Position numbers and translations under genes: made by a program. A stretch of 64,000 bases of DNA, from the NCBI GenBank assembly GCA_002269645.1, contig NIVC01001620.1, positions 1 through 64,000 on the forward strand, read 5' to 3'. Under the pieces are notes generated by a model, which was not told the origin of the DNA, made no database searches, and was given only the letters and a program-made list of their open reading frames with translations. This DNA is from Macrostomum lignano. Its lineage: Eukaryota. Below are positions 25,626 to 37,260 of the stretch, piece by piece; position 1 is the first letter of the stretch, and every line of letters starts with the position of its first letter.

Positions 25626-25932
25626 GGGGGCTGCAGCCTAGTGGTTAGAGCGTTGGAAGCACGATTTGAAGGCCCGAGGTTCGATTCCCAATCCCACTGC
25701 AACAGTTTGTGTCTCTGAGCAAGACACTCAACTCTGCTTTGCTTCAGTTCACCCAGCTGTAAAATGGGTGCCAGCATTAGCTGGGGTAATTGAGGCTGTG
25801 TGTGGCGACCCCCCCAGTCTTTGGACTGAACAGCCATGCACAGCCTTCAGATGTGCTACACAATAGCTGTGGCTAAGCTGTCGGTTGCACATCTACCCAT
25901 TAGGGTAGGCCTAATCAATTATTATTATTATT
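25626..25932 (+). mobile_element. tRNA-derived SINE with CORE-like central domain (CpG-decayed copy)
   Basis: A box TAGTGGTTAGAGC, B box GGTTCGATTCC, central GAGCAAGACACTCAAC...CACCCAGCTGTAAAATGGG, (ATT)n tail; homologous to 36672-36963. Confidence 0.85.
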
Positions 25933-26548
25933 AATATTATTATTATTTATACATGAGATAAAAAATTAAAAAGCCTTTAAATCAATTAATACTATATGTC
26001 TAATAAAGAATACATTGAATTCATAAATTTTTACCATAGTTTTATAGGCTATTTTAAAAGCAAAGTTGGTTTAAAGAAAAATATTATATTTAAAGCAAAC
26101 AACTTATATCCCCAAACTCAGAATTGCAAGATCTTTCCAGCAATATAAGTATCTCTCTCAAAGCTTATAACTCAGCACAATTAACAATTGATTCCTGATT
26201 TAAAGGATTGAAGCATCGAGTGTGTTGTGTATGTTCACTGCCTGCTACAGCAAGAGGCTCGCAATCTTATTCATTGAATTTCAGGGCTGCCTATTGAAAG
26301 GCGCTAATAATAAAACCAATTGAATCTCAACACAGTCCCAGCAATCTATAAGCCTCTGTTTACACTGTACATTGCTTTGTACACTCAGCTCAACCCCCTA
26401 TTCTGGGGGAATCATTAAAATTTAATTCCAGCCCAAACACAGCATGGCCTGGGGGGTTATTTGCATTGACGTAGAATATGTGTCACCCACCCCCTCCAAT
26501 ACACAAAGACCCACGGGTGGAGGTTGGGGTGGTTCATTTTACAAACAT

Positions 26549-26715
26549 GCTTGGGCACAACCTAGGGATTCACCTGGCTGTTTCTATTGGCAACACACAC
26601 ATGTAAGTCGCTATTGGACAGAATAGTAGTCACAAGACTGCTCTCAGCCAATAGCAACTTGCATGTATATGTTGCCAATAGAAATGGCCAAGTGATTCCC
26701 AAGGTTGCCCATGTA
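26549..26715. mobile_element. Fold-back (palindromic) non-autonomous element, about 75-bp arms
   Basis: The left arm GGGCACAACCTAGGGATTCACCTGGCTGTTTCTATTGGCAACA... pairs with the right arm ...TGTTGCCAATAGAAATGGCCAAGTGATTCCCAAGGTTGCCC. Confidence 0.8.
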
Positions 26716-27209
26716 TATTTACAAACATGCCACTAACTCCATTGGAGAAGCAAAGTGGCCAAAGAAGAAGGTTAAGAAAGGTGTTTTCTGCTTTTTTCAG
26801 ACTTAATTTCGAATTTTTCAACATTTAAATAGCCTATTTGTTGCATAGGAAAATTTTGCATTGATATATATAAGTCCCACATTTAAGTTGGCAGCTGTCA
26901 AGGAGGAGATTGTATTAAACCTGGCTGGTCAATCTAATGATTAATCAATTAATCCACTCAGCTTTAGATATAAGAGATACTTTTATTTAGGCTTTATTTG
27001 TGCTGATACAATATTATCCAATATTATCAAAACCAGTTGATGAATTAAAAATTGAAAAACTTTATAGCATTTTTATATTAATTTTTTATACTGTAACTCT
27101 AGTCTTATTAGACTTTATAAAAAGCTAACTTTATTTTAAGTTAAGTAACTTAAATGATTTAAAAATAATAGATCTTATAAGTAGAGTAGCTCACTTAATA
27201 AATAGGAAT

Positions 27210-28635
27210 AAAATGAATGAGAGAACAAACATTAACTTGTTTTTATTTACTTTAATTCAATTGCCAATGCATTTCAACCCTTGTAGGTCATTGTCAGGGC
27301 AGTAGTGAAATTGAAAATTCTAATAAACAGTTGAATAAATATACCTATGATAAGTTGAATACACAATATAAATTATTGTACGTAGCTTTCAATCAAAACA
27401 AGTTAACACACGGTGTAGTAGCGTACACTCCAAGCTAAAATACGCTGAGTTGGTGGCTGGCACCTCCCATAGCTAGCTGGCAGTTTAGGCTTGGGTTCTG
27501 ATCTTTGACGTACATAGCCTCTAAGATATTCAAAGCGTGCTCATGGCGGCAAGAATCGATAATCTTAAATAAATCAATTGGTTTGCTGTTACAGCATGAG
27601 TTGCATGTGAGAAGGTGCTCCTGTACAGCAGATCTTTTGGTCTAGTGCTCCTTGACCCTAGTGTACAAGTGTCGCTTAGTTTTTCCTATGTACGAAATAC
27701 TCTGGTCGCCAGAGCATTGAAATTTATAAATGACACCTGCATTGAGAGGCCGAGGGACATGGGACTTCAAGTTGCAGACATACTGGGACACCTTCTCTGT
27801 GCAGAATGTGATCCTAAGCTAAACATTGAGGCTTTTTTGAACAGTTTTTCAACTTTCTTCTTAAACTCAATAGAGCATAGGCCAAAAAATGGCAACACAA
27901 TTGTAGGGCTATTCGTTTCTCTAGCATTATACTCCTGAGTGCTCTGTTGATTAGTCAGCTTGTTATTTAAAAACTGGTTCACAATGCGAGACACATAGTT
28001 CCTAGGGTAACCATTCCCAATGAGATGGCCAGTAAGCTGTTCCACCTCATCATGAAACAGTTTCTAGGAGCTACAGATCAGAAAAGCTCTATGCAGAAAG
28101 CAGCGAATCAGGCCATTCTTTCATTGCCATGGGCAGAGGGCATCAAATCTCAGCATAAGGCCGGTGAAGCTGGGCTTCCTAAAGACTTTAGTTTTGATCA
28201 GGTCATTGCTGATATCAATCTCCATGTCAAGAAAAGGGAGTTTAGTTCCTCCACCTTTGGTCGTGAATTTGATGTTAGGATGGGTATGATTGATAGCATG
28301 GAAAAATTCTTCTTTTTCTTATCATTCTCAAAGATGGCAAAAGTGTCATCAACGTAGCATTTGTAAAACCGAGGCGAACACAGGAGGGCCATCCAGTCTT
28401 TTTCCCAATGGGCCATGCAAAGATTAGCCAGGGTGGGGGCAAGAGGGCTGCCCATGGCACAACCATCAATTTGCTTATAGTACCTATACCCGAACAGAAA
28501 GATACCAGAGGTGGCAAACCCGAGCATCTTTTTAAAGATGGTTTTCAGAAAAGGTAGATAATCATGGTCGAAATGCATTGGCAATTGAATTAAAGTAAAT
28601 AAAAATGAGTTAATGTTTGTTCTCTCATTCATTTT
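27210..28635 (-). mobile_element. Penelope-like retroelement A (5'-truncated RT + GIY-YIG, defective), bracketed by a 66-bp inverted pLTR segment
   Basis: RT motifs QIDGCAMGSPLAPTLAN and FYKCYVDDTF; endonuclease GVIYKFQC...YIGKTKRHLYTRVKEH ending at 27435. 27210-27275 is the reverse complement of 28570-28635. Confidence 0.93.
27263..27300 (-). ncRNA. Minimal type-I hammerhead ribozyme motif (CpG-decayed) in the PLE A pLTR
   Basis: The minus strand reads GCC CTGACAA T GACC TACAAG GGTT GAAA TGCATT GGC. Reverting CpG transitions gives GCC CTGACGA T GACC-loop-GGTC GAAA CGCGTC GGC, with stems I and II and a palindromic stem III. Confidence 0.75.
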
Positions 28636-29418
28636 AGATCTTATAAGTCTTTTACTTTTTATTGATTTTGTCAAAAAGCAAAAATTATCTATAGGGCCTA
28701 ATGTATTAATAATTGTCAAATAGTTATATACTTTGCAACTTGCCCTTGGTCTGCCATAATAATGATATATGTGCAATACCTACTTAGTTGACTTAGATGA
28801 TCTAGCTAGGTAACAGGATTACTAATACAAGTATGTTGCAAAACTAATCCACTAAGCACCAAAATTATTATGCATATACAAGACAAAAGCATTGAGAAAC
28901 AAAATAAACAAGAGAAAAAAGGACTTATGCTTATTATAAAAAGTGAATGCAAAATAAAAAATGGATATATTATAGTGACATTGTATAAGGGAATTGCAAA
29001 AAGATAAGAAAGAAATAGTTTCAATGAGAAAATAAATGATACACCTTAAAAAGGGTTGCTTAACATGGAATAAATTTTTAGGGCCTATAAACCCCATGGA
29101 TGTTCACCTCAACTATAATCAGCTTTTATAATATAGTTGTTAAGCCTATACTAAATATAAGAGATAGACCACTACACATACCATTCCACCAAGATTGCCA
29201 CACTTGGAAGTGCTAAGGGAGAAATTTGGCTTGATTTGTTATTAGATAGTGCTGGAAAGGAGATAAATGGATAGGAGAGCTAGCAGGACAAGGCTATGAG
29301 AAAGGAACCTATGAAAGGAATGGCAATGATAGAAGATTGGTAGCTCCCCCTCAATACTAGTAGCCAGTAGCTATGGGGGTATGGTGGTCTTAGTATAGGG
29401 GGGCCTATAGCAGTTTAT

Positions 29419-30007
29419 ACCCATAGTCAGGATCATGTCATGGTATACAACGGAATAAAAAGTCCCCTAAAAATCAAGCCACTTCATACTGAAATGTACG
29501 CCAAGGTCCTAGGAACTTACGCCAGGTTTTCTAGGCTTTGCGACAATAAATGACCTTTTTTGTGTGTTACACATTTTTAACAATAAAAATTTAACAAATG
29601 TGTGGTTTTCATTTAAAGTAAATTGGCTTACAGATAATGCCAACAAAAATCAATTTTTTGTTTAAGTTTTTTTAGAAAATTAACACGATTAGTTTGCGTG
29701 GAATTTTAAATTTTTATAAATCATGAATAGTTATAAACTTTCATCTTACAAGTTTTACAGTTTTTATGATTTTATAATAAGATTCTGAGGTTACGGCATT
29801 ATGCCAACAATTGTTAATATTAACTTTGGCATGAAGGTTGGAGTTGGTGTATGCTGCTTGGCGTATTTACGCCATGGCGTCACGCCAAAAGGTACACCAA
29901 ATATATTTTGCCTCATTTTTTTACGCCAATTGTACGCCAAAAAAAGTAAAATTTTCAATTGTACGCCAGAAATTTCCGGCGTAATGTACACCATCCTGAC
30001 TATGGGT
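29419..30007. mobile_element. Non-autonomous DNA transposon with 15-bp TIR
   Basis: ACCCATAGTCAGGAT / ATCCTGACTATGGGT, apparent 4-bp duplication TTAT on both sides, internal TACGCCA repeats. Superfamily not assigned. Confidence 0.8.
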
Positions 30008-30234
30008 TTATACCAATGTGTACCAATTGTCTTAAGCTTTAATATATTTATTATATTTAACCTGGATTAAAACTAGGCCTAGAATGAAACAAAAATTGTT
30101 ATTGTAAAATAACTTATAGCTATAGGTCTAGAAAAAATATAATATTCTTGATCAAATTATTTTATAATGAAAAAAATGCAAACAAAAACAAAAAGCTTAA
30201 CTTTTCTGGTAGAATAGCACACTTGATAATGAGA

Positions 30235-31586
30235 AGTAAAAGAAAGGAGATTGCGAGCATTTTCATTAGAATGACATGTTTCGCCTAACAACATTTGCCT
30301 CTCCAATTGGGAGAAGGAATGGCTAAGAAGCGACTGCACTCCTAAATTCTATCAGAGATATGTCGATGACACGCTTTTGATCTTTGACAAAAAAGCGGAC
30401 CATACCAAGTTCCTTGATTTGTTAAATAACACGCATCCTAACATCAAATTCACTGTTGAGGGAAGCGGAAAAACCATACCGTTCCTTGACATTGACATTA
30501 ACATTGAAGGTCAGCAGCTTTTGACCAAAGTTTATAGAAAACCAACCTTCACTGGCCTTCTGCTTAACTTTAATTCAATCTGCCTGAAGCAGTGGAAAAT
30601 TGGCCTGGTTTGCTGCATGCTCCACAAGGCTTTTGAAATTTCTAACAGCTGGAAGAATTTCCATGAAGAAGTGAGTAATCTCACTAAATATTTCTGTATG
30701 AATGATTACCCAGAATCTCTGATTAGCTAATCTTAAAAAGATTAGCTAACAAAATTAGCTAACCATTTTAAAAAGTTTCTCAACCAAAAATTACAATTGC
30801 AAAAATCCAATATGAATGAACAACAGCAAGATCAATCTCAGACCAAATATAGGCACCTTTCTATCCCCTACTATGGCAAGGCTTCGATCAGTTTTAAGAA
30901 AGCACTTCTCTGGACTGGTGCTTTAAACAGTTTTCTAATGATAATCTGAGAATCACCTTTTATTGCGATAAAGTTGGCCAGTATGTTTCTAAGCTTAAAA
31001 GCCGTGTGCCTCTGGCTCTGCAACTATGTGCAGGTGTCGTCTACCAATTCTACTGCTCTGTTGATCAAAGAGTTATCTACCTAGGTAGGCCTAAATCAAA
31101 ACGGCACTTGTATGTTAGGGACAGAGAACACTGGTTAAAGCCATCAGCAGTGCAAGACCATCTTATGGCCTGTAGTGAATGCGCCAACAGTGAACAAAAG
31201 GATAGGTTTACTATCATACACAGTTGCAATATTGATCATCGCCTTAAGATTATTGAAGCTATGTACATTAAAAACTGGCAACCAACTTTAAATAAGCAGT
31301 TGGGTTATTCTGGGGCCGGTGCTCTCCTGAGAGTGTTCTAATATACACCCATTACCCGGCTCTCTCTCTCTCTCTCTCTCTCTCTGTCTGTCCCGGTTTT
31401 GATCTGTTGACTCCCCCCATGTTTTGTTATTACAATTTTGTGCATCACTGACTATCTGCCACTGAAATGTATTTATACTCTATGTTTTGACTTAAATTAA
31501 ATAAATTCCAATCTGCCCGATGATGCCTTAAGTTAGGCGAAACATTTCGTTCTAATGAAAATGCTCGCAATCTCCTTTTTTTTACT
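30235..31586 (+). mobile_element. Penelope-like retroelement B (5'-truncated RT + GIY-YIG, defective) with a 55-bp inverted pLTR segment
   Basis: RT NICLSNWEKEW...PKFYQRYVDDTLLIF...IPFLD...VYRKPT; GIY-YIG GVVYQFYC...YLG...KRHLYVRDREH (31006-31341). 30235-30289 is the reverse complement of 31532-31586. Confidence 0.93.
31515..31552 (+). ncRNA. Degenerate hammerhead ribozyme motif in the PLE B pLTR
   Basis: GCCCGATGA T GCCT TAAGTT AGGC GAAA CATTTC. The inverted copy preserves the palindromic stem III GAAACATGTC. The core CTGA is altered. Confidence 0.55.
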
Positions 31587-32972
31587 TAACTTTTCTAGCA
31601 TATAGAAGTTTTTGTAAGACCAAAAAACAATTAATAGTTAAATTAATAATAAAAATCATACAATGAATATGTAGTTATCTAGGCCTATTTATTATCTGGA
31701 AAGATTTTTGTTGGAAAAAATAAGACAAGTAGGCCTTTTTTATAAATGACAAAACATGAAAAAAATGTATACAATGGTCGAATGACTTTTTCCTGAGTGC
31801 ATAGTGCTAGAATAGTTTTTTTCTGGTATATGTTATTATCAAATTCAGGAAGGTGACACAATATAGGTCTGAATTTTTTTAATAAAATAGTTGACTAGGC
31901 CTAATTTAAATTGGATGCGACTAAGCTGACTCGTTTACAAGTTAAAACATCGAGAAATTCGACTAAGTTCTATGTAGTAACACAACGCTTACATTAACTT
32001 TGACAATTTTAGGGTAGCATGAGGAATAGAATAGCTTAAAGTGAAAAAAATTACGATTAAAAAAATAACCTATGTGATCATCTACAAGTAGTAGTTTCTA
32101 TAAAAGCAAACTTTAAATGTATCAACAGGTTGCAAAATAAAAAAACAAATACAAGCTACCAAAACACTAGAAAGATTTTCTGATTAATAACTGTCTGATA
32201 TTTTAATTAAAAGATTTTGTTGCTCAAATAATTATTTCAAAGTTTAAGACTAGTTCTAGTTCCTAAAATATTCGAAGCCGGCGGTGATAAAAAGTTACTT
32301 GGCAAATTGGCTCGTAAAAAGGAACGTCTTTAGTACATTCATTTCTCCCACCTACCTCCTTGACCGAACATTCAGAATAAAGCTAAGGACTAATCATTAT
32401 CTTAATTTGTACGCACTGCAACATGGAATATGCAAACTGCAAAGCTTCTACTGTAATTAGCTAATCGTCCGAAAAATGCTTTTTTTAATATGATGTTTTT
32501 GTACTCCACGTGCCATTAGAGCATTTATAGTAACCACAGCAACTGTCGCCAACTAAAATATAAACTTACATGTACATGCATGTAAGAATACATGTACATT
32601 AAAATTCATGTACAGTTACATATACACATTTTCGTGTACGTACATGTGTAATGTCTTGGTACCCTACAATCGGACCTAACTCACAAGGATTCGATTTGAA
32701 AATAAAATCAAATGATAGAAACAAATATTTATGCGCACCTTGAAAACAAAATTAGAAAACTGTGATGTTGTTTAAATCACAGAATCGGGTTTGTGCGACG
32801 AACAAATAAATGTGCGGTTTATTTTTGATAGCCGCTTCTATAAAATGTTGATATCAAGCTTCAAATTAAAAATTGACATCATTTTGAAAAAAGGATGAAA
32901 ACAAGATGTTTTTGTTCTCAACTTTCTGGGAGGATTGACTCGTATGGTTCATCAAATCAATTTGCAACTCGA

Positions 32973-35369
32973 TCAGGGCAGCTTTGTTGGAACGTCCCTG
33001 CTCTCCTTTTCGTTCTGGCTGAGCGTCTTCGACTCGTCTAGCACAAGTTTGGGCCGGCCTACAGCGTAGCGGAAGCTCTGGCCAAACAAGCTGGAATACC
33101 GGAAGTCAATCTCTTGTCGAGTGTAGCGCTGAATGTGCAGCATCTCGTCCTGAGCCTTCTTAATTGTGTCCGATTTTCCAGTGTCCACAGCCTCCTCTTC
33201 GGCTTGGCTGACTTCGCACATCTTTTCATAGTCCCTGGCAAACATAATGATGGATCCGGCGCTGCCCATGGCGGATGTGCAAGACATGCCCTCACCACCC
33301 TCGCCAGCCATGATGCGCATAGACATGAGACGCTTGCGAGTCACCAGGAAGTCACCAACTTCATCCAGCGTGCTTGGTCGGTCGTCATTAGACGAGTCTC
33401 GCTTGCGCCAGAACGACATGCTAAACATGTCGGATATCTGCGGTATTGAGTAGAATTGAGTCAGCATTAAAGGTGCCTTCTTCATCACGCGCATCACGCT
33501 GGTGGACTGCAGGCCGGGCACGCAGTTGGACAGGCTGGTCAGGCCAAAGAATGTATCGTAGAAGCTGTAGCTCAGGAACGGTTCAATGAACTCGCTGCTG
33601 ATGAGGATGTCCAGCAGGATTTTGCAAATTCGGTCAATGATGATGGCTGGGAAGTTTTTCAACAGACAAGTCTGTAAGACGCCGAACAGCAGCGATATGC
33701 AGTTCATGATGTCGTATCGGTGGAACCAGCACAGCATGTGCGGCTTAGAAGCAATATCGGACCAATTCTGTTCCCTAAGCACCACCTTTTTCACTTTCTC
33801 AGACTCTGCATCTGCGTCTAAATCCTCGAGGCAGTGCAAATTGACAATTTCGTAGATTTGAAACAGCAGCGGGTCTTTATGCCACAGGGCTTCCGAACAG
33901 TGACGATCGCAGCAGAAGTAGCGATTCTTCTGGAAAACCTCGGTGACGGAAAGAATCTGGCTGAGAGTAGTCAGGTTCTCATAGTCATAGTAGTATGTGT
34001 AGGAAAGGAATCGCCTGGGTGCGGACACCGCATGCGGTATGACGGGCCTGGCCGGTTTGTGCTCAAACACCTTCACGTAGTCGCTGGGCATAGATGGCTC
34101 CTTGTCGTGCAGAAGCTTCCGCCCGGCGTACATGCCAAAGCTGTTCGGATCGTTGAAGTTTTCCGAGTTCAACTTCTTGAGCTCGAAGTATTCGAGCATT
34201 ACCTGGCCCATCTCTTTAAGATCGATGAGCTTGAATTGGGGCGACCGAGACTCGATCAGTTGCTGCGACACTTTCGATAATTGAAGGCTTGGCTTGCGCT
34301 TCAGCACATTGCGACAAACGTCAACCCAATCCAGGAATGGGGTGATGTATTGATAGTAGCGGCGTCTGAAGTGATTCGAAGGTTGAAGGTTAGGAAAAAG
34401 TCTTTAAACCTTTCTTTCACTATCAAGCTGACTAATGGGCTTGAGGGTAACTTACCTATAGACAAGCTTCGATGGATCGCCGGGCGCCCACCTGATAGCT
34501 AGCAAATGCGGAATAGCCCCGTAGGCCTCTCGCTTCAAGATGATGTAGTCATAGTGAAACAGCATGATGTCACCACAGGAAGTGTCATTGACAAACGAGG
34601 CATAGTTGTCCTGATTATAATAGATCATTGGTTTCCGAAACTTTTGCTGCTTGGAGAGCACCTTCAATGCGCCGTAGTAGCGCAGGTAGACGGCAATGCC
34701 GAAAGAGTTCATAAAGAGCACTGTCTTTGCTGAAAAAAATTTCATTGGGGTCGTTCTTTAAGAACTGCTGGAAATCCTACTGGAAAATTTTAGCCAACAT
34801 TTCACCCATGCTATGCAATTCTGTGTTATGAATAACTAAAAATTGTCAGCCAACTGCAACATCATCGTCTCATTTTCAATTATAATAAAAATAAAATCTT
34901 CAGATGTAGCTTGGTACTCACAGTTAAACATGGACCTCTCCAGCGCGTTTCCCTTCAAGTACAAGGACGGCTGGTCCAGCAGCTGATAGTACTTGTCTGT
35001 CTCGAACAGAATGCGGGTGCGCCCCTGCTTCAGCATCCGCAGCAGTCGACAGTCGCCACCGTCGCCCATTATGTTGAGCAGCCACTTGGTGTTGCAGTGG
35101 TTAGCACCGAAGAAGCCCTCTCCGACGCCAATCACGTACTTGTTATCCCAGCCATGGTGCATCGCCTTGGGCAAGTTCAGGAATATCTTTGGCTGCTCGT
35201 CGTGAGTACCCGAGTTGTCCGGCTCGAGGCTAACGATCGACTTGGCTACGTCCCACTGTTTGTCAAGGACGGCTTCCATCTGCGATTTGCGCATTTTGAC
35301 GGTCTGATTGTTGTGCTTCTTTCCGTTGTTGACAGAACCGCAGTCTTGCTTCTGCACCAATATGCTGCT
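32973..35369 (-). CDS. Three-exon gene, about 680-700-aa protein of unknown function (exons 35369-34922, 34729-34456, 34365-32973)
   Basis: Three separate track ORFs join in frame through GTGAGT...TTTTCAG (192 nt) and GTAAGT...CTTCAG (90 nt) introns, total 2115 nt. First ATG at 35294. No domain recognised. Confidence 0.85.
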
Positions 35370-36671
35370 CTGTTGAATCAGTTTATTAGATTAGGCACAT
35401 CGTGAGTTGCCCATTTTTTTCTAACTGTACCCCCTTTGGGCCATAGACAGCGCTTCTGCGCAGAAAATCCGATCAATATTTATTTAAAGATCTCTAATTT
35501 TTAGCTCTAATTTGGATTAAAAGAATATGATTTCCTTAGGTGATTGGTGATGCATATATAAGTAGATTCTGCACGCACACTACTACTTCGAATTCGATTT
35601 AAATTTCTAAACGTTTTTTACTGTGTGGCGACAGCTGTTAGTGCCATTTAAACAGCTATACAGTATGCTTTTAATGGTAAAAGAACAAAATAGGATATTA
35701 TACAGACCACAGACACATCTAGAACACAGACACAGACACATATTAGAAAGGAAAAGCTAATAGGTGAATAGCTATACGAGTGTATCATGTGAAGCTTTCG
35801 AATTTTGTCAAACAGGCCGCAACAGTCTCGCCCGACTGTGATCGTCGCTAATGTTCAGCGCTTCAACTTGTGCAACCTGAGCCCAGCCGGGGCCATCCAG
35901 TTCCTGCAGCTGTTGCCGACGCCCCCATTCTACTGGACGTTGGTTGCCGCTTTGCAGGGAATTTCTACTGAAAAAGTACACGAGCAGAGCCGTCACGGTG
36001 ATCAGCTCGGCGGCGATGAGGCAGAGCAGCAGTCTCAGGGAAGCCACTGTATTGCTCCAGTGAGTCGCTTTTATGGGCACTTTACCAAATTGCTCCAGCT
36101 CAGGGCGATATCAACTGAGTGGGGATAAATACAGTCCGGAAAGTGCCCTACAGCCTCCCAGGCTTCATCAGGCTTCAGCTATCTATACAGCCCATCCTTA
36201 TATCGTAATCTGACCGAGAGGCAGTTCATCAGACTAAAGCTGCACATGCCGGCCCAATCCCAGAGCTTGGCGAGCAAGCATTTCTGATGTACGCACTACA
36301 TGCAGCAGTAGTATAGCCGTATTTTGTAATGCATCAACTGCAACCAAGTTGATTGGCTGGGTAGAAGAAGATCAAATCAACAGCAATGTAGGGCCACGGG
36401 GGAATAGGCAAGTTCAGCCTACGGTTGAAGAGCTCGACACTGCACTTTTTATGAGTAGGTAGCAAAAGCAGCTCAAATAGAATATTAATGACACTGTACT
36501 TTAACAAATGACTAAAGCCTAAAGTTCCTGCCTACTGACTGCAGCAAAAAACCATGCTTCTCCTGATGAATTCAAATTGAGACATGAAGAGTATTATTGT
36601 AAAAGCTCGGTCCTGGTTGTTAGAAAACTACCAGTAATTATTTTACTTACTTGAACTATATACTGACGAGA

Positions 36672-36963
36672 GGGGGGTCGTAGCCAAGTGGTTAGAGCGG
36701 TGGACTCATGAATTGAAGGTCGGGGGTTCGATTCTCGACCTACTCGGAACAACATGTGTCTTTGATGATTGCTTCAGTGCACCCAGCTGTAAAATGGGTG
36801 CCAGCATTAGCTGGGGTAATTGAGGGTGTGTGTGGCGACCCCCCAGTCCTTGGACTGAACAGCCGTACGCAGCCTTCAGATGCGCCGCGCAATAGCTGCG
36901 GCTGAGCTGTCGGTTGCACATCTGTCCATTAGGGCAGATGTAATCAATTAATCAAAAATCAAA
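36672..36963 (+). mobile_element. tRNA-derived SINE (CpG-intact copy)
   Basis: A box AAGTGGTTAGAGC, B box GGTTCGATTCT, the same body as the 25626 copy; near-perfect 12-bp TSD ATACTGACG(A/G)GA at 36660-36671 and 36964-36975. Confidence 0.88.
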
Positions 36964-36975
36964 ATACTGACGGGA

Positions 36976-37260
36976 GGCAGAACGCCTCGATTAGGCTTTG
37001 AGGCTCCAGTATCTCAACCCGAAGCTAAAAACAGAACCAAGTGGCGTCCGCAGTCTTTGTCCTGCCGGAGTCCCACGGACGAACTCGCGTAGGTCACGGA
37101 TCCTCTCCCGGAGTGGTCAGCTCGTCCATCTTTTGCGCGTGGCCGAGTTGTTGCCTCCAGCTCGCTTTGTCGAAGTGTGCAGCGGGCAGGATGTGATGCA
37201 TGTTGTGCCGCTGTTTTCTCCTCTAAGGGCCAAATGGGGAGCAGTCACTATGTTGTGAGA
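36976..37260 (-). mobile_element. Possible 3' fragment of a non-LTR retrotransposon ORF2
   Basis: The minus frame GENSGTTCITSCPLH...LRERIRDLREFVRGT loosely resembles the C-terminal zinc-knuckle region of LINE ORF2. Weak. Confidence 0.3.

Noticed and set aside
25626-25700. tRNA gene (also 36672 and 46293)
   Set aside because: A and B boxes are present but there is no full cloverleaf, and two are followed by a shared SINE body, tail and TSD.
34456-35130. Orphan protein as a protein kinase (GEGFFG, FHYD, IRWAP)
   Set aside because: The G-loop to HYD spacing is plausible, but there is no DFG and HYD to RWAP is only about 20 aa; probably coincidence unless structure prediction says otherwise.
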